The position numbers and the translations under genes were made by a program. A DNA stretch of 61,099 nt, counting the filler. It is 4 parts of 4 records of this genome, joined end to end, with 100 filler letters (N's around TTAATTAATTAA, not from the genome) between each part and the next. Parts side by side here need not be neighbours in the genome. Positions count along the whole stretch, not along the records: positions 47,314 to 53,459 come from SRR20825019_2270; positions 53,560 to 61,099 come from SRR20825019_2271; 2 more parts are not named here. One strand, given 5' to 3'. Every line of letters starts with the position of its first letter. Within the stretch, counting starts at the first letter, position 1. A model generated the notes under the pieces. It saw nothing but the letters and a program-made list of their open reading frames with translations, was not told where the DNA came from and ran no database searches. This document shows positions 47,584 through 56,921 of the stretch, in pieces.

Positions 47584-50500
47584 ATACCTTTCCTTGTGTA
47601 CACGTAGTGTGAGTTTCTTGTGTAACACCAATAAAAAACGGGAAGTTTACAACCATACATATGTATACGTTAAAAGACAGGATCTGTCATCGGGATTTAT
47701 ACGAGGAACGTACTCGCACGATATCTATCATGCGCGCATTAGTGTGTAACGTTTTTATAGCTTACGTAAATCTTACAATATTAGAATAACCACGCGACTA
47801 TATAACTATACGGGTAATAATACACCTTTCCTACGTAAGGCACTACATGTATTAATAATACACATATTAAGCAAAGTAAAAAAAGAAAAATGTGTGATCC
47901 CTTATACAGCAAGTTTTACACGAACATGCTTACACGTATGTAGGACATAACATATACGTTTCACAGTAACTCTCAAGTCATAGTGTATTTACATGACGTT
48001 GAACTTACATGCACCTCTAAACGTACAACAGTCTGTTTAATACCATGTCATGTGCGTGTAACATACGTTGCATGTGCAGGTTGTTATACTTACACGGATT
48101 ATACGTTTTCGTTGGAAAGGTGTATCTATGTATGTTGTAGAACATACGTGTGGTATATTATAACCACACACAATTATGTTGTCCATGTGTATACAGACTA
48201 CACACGTTACGATACATCCCACATCATGTATTGTTACGTAGCCTACAATACGTTTAAGATGACACACACCTTTCCGGGTAAGTGTTGCATACTACCATGT
48301 GAGTCCTTCCGGACAAAAATTAATATAATATATAAACTATGGTACGTTAATGTGTACTGTGTACGGGCACATAACATATTTTAGTACAGTGGGCTGTTAC
48401 TTCTACATAGATAATTATTACCTTTCCAGGAATAACGTACATTCTTTCGGTGTGCGTAAGCATCCCCAAAGTGGAAGTGTTTCCTACAGGGATCACACCG
48501 TTACATGCACGGCATGCTTGGTGTAACAGTATTTACGTCCCGTAGGATTACGGAAGTTATTTGTGAAGTATTAATTACATTGCGTATAATAAAGTTCCTT
48601 ATATCTGTACGGTGTACTACTGTAGTTTTTTTTGTTGCAGACTACTTGTTGTAGGCATGTACTGGTTTACCCTGGAAAGGTGTACACAACGGGGCGTACC
48701 ACTAAAAATGTATGTTGAATGTGTATTAATATAATGCATATAGTAAAGTTAGTACTACTACCCAATATGTAAGTACACCTTTCCATTATAGTATTAAACA
48801 TAACGTAACACATCAAAATCCAACATAACAGATTAATTACGTATAGGAGCACACGTACACGCTACCCCAAAAATATCTCGCATACACCAAGTATGTAAAG
48901 TGCGTAGTAGTACACATACGCAAGGTTCGGGTAGTAACGCCGCGCACATCACGTAGACGAACCATGTATTGGTAATGTAAGCCTGGGTAGTTTAACAACT
49001 TACGTATACGTTTTAGTATGTGTTTTGCTGTAAACAATTCCGCGTAGGCACCGTACAGGAAAGGTGTATATCCTCCAGATATGACGCATTATGCTAGCGG
49101 AACGTGTATGCTCATAAACTCATACATTACCCCCGGGGAAGACCTACCCCTAGTAGTGTGTTATGTAACGGATCCTGTGCGGGAAGGATTATACGCGTTT
49201 TAACCTGGGTGAGGCCTAGTTATAAGAACATACTGTGCATGCAGCTGTGTACATACAGGACGGTGTAACGTATAGACACAACTGAGGTAATGTTATTAAC
49301 CACGTACACGGTCTACATTTTTTTTTTGTGTCCTTGTGAGTATACTTTTAAACCACCTTGAATGTATCATACGGAAAGGTGTACTACCCCTAGGTGTAAC
49401 GTAGTCCATATCAAGGTGGTTATCAAGTACATTAATTGATATACATATATGCTGCCGTTAACGATAAGCACTATACGAACGTAAGCTTACTTATGTACAC
49501 TACGGTTACTCTGCACTATTGAAGTACATCCCGTATACACATTTTTGTACGCTTACCTTTCCATATTTTTTTTGTGGTGTATTACATGTACAAAACATTA
49601 ACAACAATTTAAAAGTTTAGTACACCATGTTTAGATGACCTCGAGAATCGTACTATATGTGTGTACGTGGTACCGCTTTTTTACACGTCACGATATTAAC
49701 ATACCCCGGACACTTTATGAAAGCCGTAGGTCACGTATTTAATATTACACGTGTATAGGTATGGAGTGCAACTATTATGCCTGGAAATATATTTTTCTTT
49801 TTTTTTGTATTTTAACTAATGCTTATACACTACACATGTACAGTATGGAAAGGTGTGCTATGCACATAGCATGCCATGTATACACGGTATAGGTGTAACC
49901 CCGTGTGTATGTACTATATCCCGTCGTGCTTGAGTAAGTACAACCCTACCGCGTACTTTCTGTGTAAACGTCTATACACATTGTTTGTAATACACGAATT
50001 ATCTGTAGTACACAGTACACCTTTCCTGTGATGTTCATACCTATACGCAGTAATACAAACATACAAAAAAAATTCAACGGAACTTGTACATACGTAACAA
50101 CTTATCCGTAGTATACTACATGTGGTATAAACAAGCCATATCCCACCGGCATACGTTACTACCGTAATATATTAATATGTTACATTGTTTTTGTTGTATT
50201 AGCCCCGTAGTATAGTACAGTCCTACTATGGAAAGGTGTAATTCGTGTACGTGTACGTAACTATCCATCATATCCGGAATGTTACATATATTATGCATGG
50301 TATATTACTGTTTACAAGATGGTAATATGTTATTGCTATACTATATCCCGTTGTATACGTATCATACATACATTTCTCGGAAAGGTGTGCTAAGCCATAA
50401 CGTACGCACATAACCAGTGTGTACAAAATATATGTATAAACAGCAGTTGCTGATATTTTTAATAATGGGCTTTGTCTGGTAAGGACTTGTCTTACATATC

Positions 50501-53070
50501 ATATACACACCTTTCCTGGGGAGATACCCATTTGAGTAACAACTACATCAAACAAACAAAAAACGTATAAATTGTAAAGACATACTACCTATAACGCGTA
50601 GTTAGATTACACGCAACGGGGTATCGTACTGTAGTCACACATTGTCAGCTTTACACCTTTCCAGTGGTATGTACTTCCTGCAGTTAAATAACATACGATT
50701 ACTGGAACTGCGTAACATGTGTATACATAGTGCATACTACCCGGGAGAAGTTTTGCGTGCATGTACCGTAATGGATTGCTTTGGTTTGGTGTATGTAATA
50801 CATCCCGGTATATGTCAATCCTGGAAAGGTGTGTGAACGTTGTACGCATATAATGTATGCAGGTTAACACACGTATACATCTTTTTATACCGTTAGGTAC
50901 ACTTGTAGCATACAATTGTACACATACATACATCATACGCCCGCGCTGTGTGTCCATGTGAGTTGACGCTTACGTAAGTATTACCTGCGGTTACCTTTTC
51001 GGAAAGCTGGCTAGGCATGTATGTTATTAATGATCTTACGTACACATGCATGTGGTAAGTCATGTAAAAGTATGACCCCGTGGGAAACACCCCATCATGT
51101 ACACTGTAGTAGTTTATACATTGCCCGGTGCATGAGAATAAATACAACATGTTTTACTTTTTTGGGATTATATTGTATGCATACTAATTTTTAATGACAT
51201 ACTTTTTTTTAGGAGCGGTGTGATCAGGTAAACATCATATGTTTATATCTGGTATATACATTTGTTACGTACACTGTGCTTGCACGGCCTTGCATATGAT
51301 TATTTGGATACTGCATGTGGTATAACTATAGCTTAACAACGTACATGCAGGCAGGTAGTTGCCGCAGTACCGTATAAAACGTTTATATTCGTTAACATAC
51401 CCATACGTATAGGATGTGTAACACACGTGTTCTACCCGGGTAGTATACCCGTTTGTCTGGAGGTGTGTTCTTCCATTTTATTATTTGTGTAACAAGTAAT
51501 ACGCATACACTACATCCTGGAAAGGTGTGTACTATCTTGCATTATTTAAAAGCACAACTGCACGTGCAATATGCGACACAGTCCGGTAAGACCTACAACG
51601 TAACAACGTCGTGATCTTGTTCACTACGTGGTACGTGTTGTAGGTGTGTATAAATACGTACATTAATGCCGTACTATTATGTTTTCGCGTTTACGCCATG
51701 TCACGTAAGCGATATATTCCCCGTGTCGCGTAGTATAATATGAATCCCCGGGTACACCTTTCCATATTAAGTACGCGTGCTGTTTGTATACATAAATTTC
51801 AACAAACATAATAATAATAATATGAGATGCAACATATACCAAGCTCGTACAGGAATAACACGTCTGTTTAATACTTTGCGTTTACAGTTTGCTAACCCCC
51901 GTTGGTTTTATGTTGTACAACACGTATAAAATAGTACTTGTTGCTGTTACCTGGTTGGACGTGTATAAACTCGGAGAACCTACAGCGTCATACAACAACA
52001 TACACGTATCGGTAAGGCTGATGTTTTTTTACCTTGTAATGTTTGTGCGTGTTGGTACCGGGTGATGTTACGTCTTACGAAAGGGATGAGTTCGGTACTA
52101 TATAAGCCTACGGGTTGTGTATTGTAATCACATGTGTGCAACGTACATGTAATGCGAGCTTGTATGTATGGTTATTAATAAGATTATTATATGGGTATAC
52201 GTTCTCACGTAGGTTATCGTATTACCGTTTGATCTGCGTAGAACACACCTTCCCGCACGTGTAAATAGCAAGTCCCGAGTAGACTGTAACTGTACGCCTA
52301 TTATCCGAACACGTGTATCATACTAAAAAGGCACGTACTTGTTCCTCTCTATCTTTGCGGTTTAAATTAATACGTACAGTACGTCTTCCGGAAAGGTGCC
52401 TACTATATGTGTTGTATGCTGGCGGGTCACGTTAAGATAATATACCGGATAGAGCATACACAACATACTTGTATCGCCTGTGGCGGGAGGGTCGTGACCC
52501 CACACACCAAAACGTAACGTGGACATCGTCTGCGTTTGGTTTGTACGTACACGAGGTTTGCGTTATATTTTTTTTAAAATGTGCGTATACGTACATAATC
52601 AGAAACTACTATGGAAAGGTGTACATTATAATGCATTGTACTTCATCTACGTAAACCTTACTCATCAGTTAACGGTTACAATTAAATAACTACGTGTGTG
52701 TACGTTACATACATAGTGCTGTCGCACCTTTCCTATAATATTTATTTATAACAGCTAATATAAAAACCAAACACAATGCATTAATAATATTGTAAGGTTA
52801 TTGTTTATACATTGTAGTAACTTAACGTTTGCTACCCGCCCTACGCAATACGTATACCAGGCAGTTGTATATGTATACATGTATACACACGTGTTCTGTA
52901 TGTTTGACGGCTACTATATCCTCCTGTCAGATGTGTAGGATCACAAAATGCAGTGTCTTCTACCACGGACAACATCCAGTATGCATAAGCGTTATGCGCT
53001 GTGTGCTACTGGCGAGGATGGTATCTTATGTATATATGATGTGCGTACAATGTAAACTGTACACCTTTCC
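47584..53070. repeat. Dispersed bidirectional 10-mer GGAAAGGTGT/ACACCTTTCC (at least 18 exact and 5 near-exact copies)
   Basis: Plus strand: 48114, 48674, 49058, 49373, 49847, 50230, 50379, 50823, 51519, 52613. Minus strand: 47822, 48266, 48775, 50017, 50507, 50653, 51754, 53061. Variants keeping the GGAAAGGT core: 47584, 48418, 49553, 52390, 52724. Confidence 0.92.
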
Positions 53071-53431
53071 TATAGGATGTATTATAAGGCATACTATATG
53101 TAATGTAACATATTAAGCTACTATAAGTCGATGTATGTATCATTAAACGCAAGCGTATTATGATGTAATAAATGCGCATACATGCATAACATAAAGTTAA
53201 AGGTACATACCCGGTGCTGCGTACACCAAACAATATAATGCAGACATGTGTGGACAAACAATTGTGCTTAGGTATATAACATTATTACATAACGTACTGT
53301 TATACTAGTACAGCACTACACGTGTGTAATGTATATACAGATGTTACTGGGAAGGTTATACTCGTATGCGTTTAAAGTAAAAAAAATTTCATGTAATGTC
53401 GGTAAATGTGTAACGAGAAACTTTCCGACGA

Positions 53432-53458
53432 GAAAATTTCCGGGAATTTCCGGAAAAT
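53432..53458 (-). repeat. Right terminal inverted repeat of contig 3
   Basis: Inverted copy of 47314-47340 (25/27). Confidence 0.85.
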
Positions 53459-53459
53459 G

Positions 53460-53559
53460 NNNNNNNNNNNNNNNNNNNNNNNNNNNNNNNNNNNNNNNNN
53501 NNNTTAATTAATTAANNNNNNNNNNNNNNNNNNNNNNNNNNNNNNNNNNNNNNNNNNNN
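53460..53559. other. Artificial contig linker
   Basis: N-run + TTAATTAATTAA + N-run. Confidence 0.97.
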
Positions 53560-53674
53560 GCATATCCAGCGGGTCTACGAAATGTGCGACCGCAACGTCT
53601 CCGAAACCGCCCGCCGCCTCAACATGCACCGCCGCACCCTGCAGCGCATTCTGGCAAAACGCGCACCCCGCTGA
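53560..53674 (+). CDS. regA: C-terminal HTH of the RegA/ActR/PrrA redox response regulator (partial)
   Basis: HIQRVYEMCDRNVSETARRLNMHRRTLQRILAKRAPR* is the highly conserved alphaproteobacterial RegA C-terminus. Confidence 0.93.
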
Positions 53675-53764
53675 CGAACCTTGGTGCGCGCCGCCAGCTT
53701 GAGGGCTTTGGGCGATGTCATGCTGGAGAAGAGGGCGACGCCGCACTGATGCGACAAGATGCGA

Positions 53765-54595
53765 TCAGGTGATCCGCTGAATGCTGGCCGCGATCTCTTC
53801 GGGTTCGAACACCTTCTTCCAGTCGTCGCGCATCAGGGCCGGCTTGCCGAATTCGATGGCCTTGTTGCAGGCATCGGAGAACTGGCCGCCCTTGACCTCG
53901 TCGAAGATGACGGCGCCGAGAATGTTCATGTGACCGAGCAGGAAGTCGCGGGCGCAATCATAGCTGACGCCGCGGGCGACCACCTCGTCCATGGCCTCGC
54001 GCATGACCACCAGCAGCGAGGCGCAGACCGTTTCCGAAAGGCCGGGTTCCAGGAGCGCCATCTGCTCGACGGTCACGCGATAGGTGCGGGCCACCGGGGC
54101 GTAGATCGCCCTGGCGATGGCATCGCCCAGCGCATAATGCTCATCAGGCCCCTGCATCAGCGCGTTGACCACGCCCTGTTCGGCGGCGACGCCACCGAAA
54201 TGGTCGTTGCGGCCGGCTTCGGTCGCCTCATTATTGAAGATCGGCGGATGGCAGGGATGCGAGACGAAATAGGTGATATCGTCACGTTCCGGCAGGTGGC
54301 CGGCAAACGGGGCCGCCGCATCGAGAATGACGACCATCGTGCCCGGCGCCAGATCCTTCACGAAGGTCGCGGCGACCTTGCCGATGACGGTGTCCGGCAC
54401 GGCGAGAATGACGACGTCCGCGCCGGAAAGCCCGGTCGCCGCGTCCACGGCGTCGACGCCCGCTTCGGATTTCAGCCGCGCCTTGCCCACGTCGCTGACC
54501 TCGATATGGCGAACCTCGAAATCGGTCTTCGCCAGATTGAGTGACAGGCGAACGCCCATTTTGCCGCCAGCGCCGAACAATGCGACTTTCGTCAT
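53765..54595 (-). CDS. apnO: D-apionate oxidoisomerase
   Basis: MTKVALFGAGGKMG Rossmann motif, LDAAAPFAG, HPCHPP, EQMALLEPGLSET and FSDACNKAI; GGAGG RBS; apiose cluster context. Confidence 0.85.
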   Translation of the reverse strand: MTKVALFGAGGKMGVRLSLNLAKTDFEVRHIEVSDVGKARLKSEAGVDAVDAATGLSGADVVILAVPDTVIGKVAATFVKDLAPGTMVVILDAAAPFAGHLPERDDITYFVSHPCHPPIFNNEATEAGRNDHFGGVAAEQGVVNALMQGPDEHYALGDAIARAIYAPVARTYRVTVEQMALLEPGLSETVCASLLVVMREAMDEVVARGVSYDCARDFLLGHMNILGAVIFDEVKGGQFSDACNKAIEFGKPALMRDDWKKVFEPEEIAASIQRIT

Positions 54596-54627
54596 TTTCA
54601 GTCTACCTCCCATTGGGTCATGCTTGT

Positions 54628-54648
54628 TTATCTGGTATGATCAGATAA
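54628..54648. promoter_or_regulatory. Palindromic FadR/GntR-type operator in the divergent apnO-oiaK spacer
   Basis: TTATCTG-GTATGAT-CAGATAA has perfect 7-bp arms, and the core resembles the FadR-family TCTGGT-N-ACCAGA box. A GntR/FadR gene lies in the cluster. Confidence 0.65.
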
Positions 54649-54711
54649 TATGTAGGTGATAATGTCAATCAATGATTGAACCAATTTTTGCAAGCAGGAG
54701 CGCATCACGGC

Positions 54712-56076
54712 ATGACAGGCAGCGCGAGGCCCAGACTGGCCTGGTTTGGGGATGATTTCACCGGCTCGGCTGCCGTCATGGAGGTGCTGGCATTCGCCGG
54801 ACTGAACGCGGTGCTGTTTTCGGATGTGCCGAGCGCAGCACTTGCCGAACGCTTCGCCAATGCCGATGCGCTCGGCATCGCCTCCACCGCCCGCAGCCAC
54901 TCCCCGGCGTGGATGGCGGCCAACCTGCCGGCGCCGCTCGCCTGGCTCGATGCCACCGGGGCGGAAATCCTGCACTACAAGATCTGCTCGACCTTCGATT
55001 CCTCGCCGAGCGCGGGCAATATCGGCCGCGCCATCGAGATCGCGCTCGAAATCCGCGGCTCGCAGGCGGTCCCGCTGGTGACCGCGGCCCCGCAAATGCG
55101 CCGCTACCAATCCTTCGGCCACCTTTATGCCGGTATCTTCGAAGGCGTGTTCCGCCTCGATCGCCACCCCGTGATGGCCCGTCATCCGGTAACCCCGATG
55201 GACGAGGCCGACCTGCTGCGCCACCTCGCCCGCCAGACCGACCTTGCCTCCGCGCTGATCGATCTCGAGGCGCTGTGGTCCGGTGCCGCGCCCCAGGCAC
55301 TTGACGAAGTCATTGCCGCCGGCGCGCGGATCGTCTCGCTCGACGACATGGAGCCCGTCAGCGAACTGGCCGTCGGCCGGCTGATCTGGGAAAACCGCGA
55401 CCGGCTCCGGCTTGCCGTCGGCTCGCAGGGCCTCGAATATGCGCTGGTGCGACACTGGCAGGAGACCGGCGAGATCGCCGCGCCGCCGCCGCCGAAAAGC
55501 GCGGGGCCAGTGGCGCAGATCGCCGCGATCTCCGGTTCCGTCTCGCCGAGCACGTCCCGCCAGATCGCGTGGTCAGCGGCCAACGGCTTTGAAATCATCG
55601 GTTTCGATGCGGCAAGCGTGGTTGGCGACGCGCTGGCGTTCGAAGCCGAGATCGCCCGCGCGACCCGTTCGGCGCTGGAAGCGCTTTCGACCGGGGCCAG
55701 TGTTCTGGTGACGTCTGCCGCAGGGCCCGACGACCCGCGCGTTGCCGCCTTCAGGGCAGCGCTTTCGGGTTCATCGCTCGATTTCGAAACCGCCAATGCC
55801 CGCATCGGACAGGCGCTCGGTCGTGTTCTTGACCAGATCCTTCGGCAATCCGGCCTCGGCCGCGCCGTCATCTCGGGCGGCGATACCTCCGGCCACGGCA
55901 TGCGCGCGCTCGGCATCGAGGCGCTCACGGCCCTGGCGCCGACGATCCCGGGTGCTGCGCTCTGCTTGGGCCACAGCGAAGGCCGCCATGACGGGCTTCA
56001 GATCGCGCTGAAGGGCGGGCAGATGGGGTCTGAGGACTTTTTCGGCTGGATCCGCGAGGGCGGCGGACCGCGATAG
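54712..56076 (+). CDS. oiaK: Four-carbon acid sugar kinase family (DUF1537), probable 3-oxo-isoapionate kinase
   Basis: GDDFTGS, HYKICSTFDSSP, RLDRHPVMARHPVTPM, GGDTSG and LKGGQMG; AGGAG RBS. Confidence 0.82.
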   Translation: MTGSARPRLAWFGDDFTGSAAVMEVLAFAGLNAVLFSDVPSAALAERFANADALGIASTARSHSPAWMAANLPAPLAWLDATGAEILHYKICSTFDSSPSAGNIGRAIEIALEIRGSQAVPLVTAAPQMRRYQSFGHLYAGIFEGVFRLDRHPVMARHPVTPMDEADLLRHLARQTDLASALIDLEALWSGAAPQALDEVIAAGARIVSLDDMEPVSELAVGRLIWENRDRLRLAVGSQGLEYALVRHWQETGEIAAPPPPKSAGPVAQIAAISGSVSPSTSRQIAWSAANGFEIIGFDAASVVGDALAFEAEIARATRSALEALSTGASVLVTSAAGPDDPRVAAFRAALSGSSLDFETANARIGQALGRVLDQILRQSGLGRAVISGGDTSGHGMRALGIEALTALAPTIPGAALCLGHSEGRHDGLQIALKGGQMGSEDFFGWIREGGGPR

Positions 56077-56080
56077 CCGC

Positions 56081-56797
56081 TCAGCTCTTCATCTGAAACA
56101 CGTCGCGGGTGCGCTCAAGGTGATGGCGCATTTCCTCGATTGCGCCTTCAACGTCATGATCGGCGATGTGATCGACGATCTTGTCGTGCTCGGCCAGCGT
56201 CAGTTCCTCGCCGCCGGAGCGGTGCAGCAGGCTGACGTGATATTCGAACAGCCAGCCGAGCATGGCATCCGAGACCGAAACGATGATCGGGTTATCGGTG
56301 AGCGAGGCGATCTTGCGGTGGAATTTCATGTCCGTGCCGATAAAGGCAATCGCATCGCCGAGCTGGCTGCGCTGCAGCGCCACGAGATCGCGAAGCTCGG
56401 CGACATCGGCGTCGCTCGCCGTTTCGGCCGCCACCCGCACCATGCCGAGCTCGAACATCTGGCGGGCGTGCTTGAGATGATCGAGATTGGCGGGCGCCGC
56501 ACTCAGAACCAGCCGGGCAAGCTCGTCGGACTGGGTCAGGATCGTCGCCGGGTTGATCTCCTTCACCCGCGAGCGCTCGCCGTGATTGATGGTGATCAGG
56601 CCGCTGTTGTGCAGCGATTGCAGCGCCTCGCGCACCGCCGGCCGGCCCACGCCGAAGCGTTCCATCAGGCTGCGCTCGGAGGGCATGTAATCGCCGGGCT
56701 TCAGCTCGCCGCTGCGGATCATGTCATGCATCCGCTCCAGCACCTGGTCGGACAGCTTGCGTCGAACGATCCTGTCGCCTGCCTGTACCCTGCTCAT
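56081..56797 (-). CDS. GntR/FadR-family transcriptional regulator (NanR-like)
   Basis: wHTH PSERSLMERFGVGRPAVREAL and an FCD domain (DMKFHRKIA, EHDKI..AI..HL). Confidence 0.93.
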   Translation of the reverse strand: MSRVQAGDRIVRRKLSDQVLERMHDMIRSGELKPGDYMPSERSLMERFGVGRPAVREALQSLHNSGLITINHGERSRVKEINPATILTQSDELARLVLSAAPANLDHLKHARQMFELGMVRVAAETASDADVAELRDLVALQRSQLGDAIAFIGTDMKFHRKIASLTDNPIIVSVSDAMLGWLFEYHVSLLHRSGGEELTLAEHDKIVDHIADHDVEGAIEEMRHHLERTRDVFQMKS

Positions 56798-56921
56798 TGC
56801 GCGCTGCTCTCCGGTGTTGTCATGTCAAAACGATAAGGCCTTCCCGGCAATTAGTTGAGTCCCCCTACGGCCACATTTGGCCTTATACCCAGCTCCGCGC
56901 GTCTGGCCGGCCAAAATCGCG

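Noticed and set aside
47584-53070. CRISPR array interpretation of the repeated 10-mer
   Set aside because: The repeat is too short, occurs in both orientations, has irregular 100-500 bp spacing, and there are no cas genes.
47371-53459. Short ORFs (60-133 aa) in contig 3
   Set aside because: They are Y/T/C/V/H/M-rich products of RY-alternating DNA with no protein motifs. Recoding or editing cannot be fully excluded without computation.
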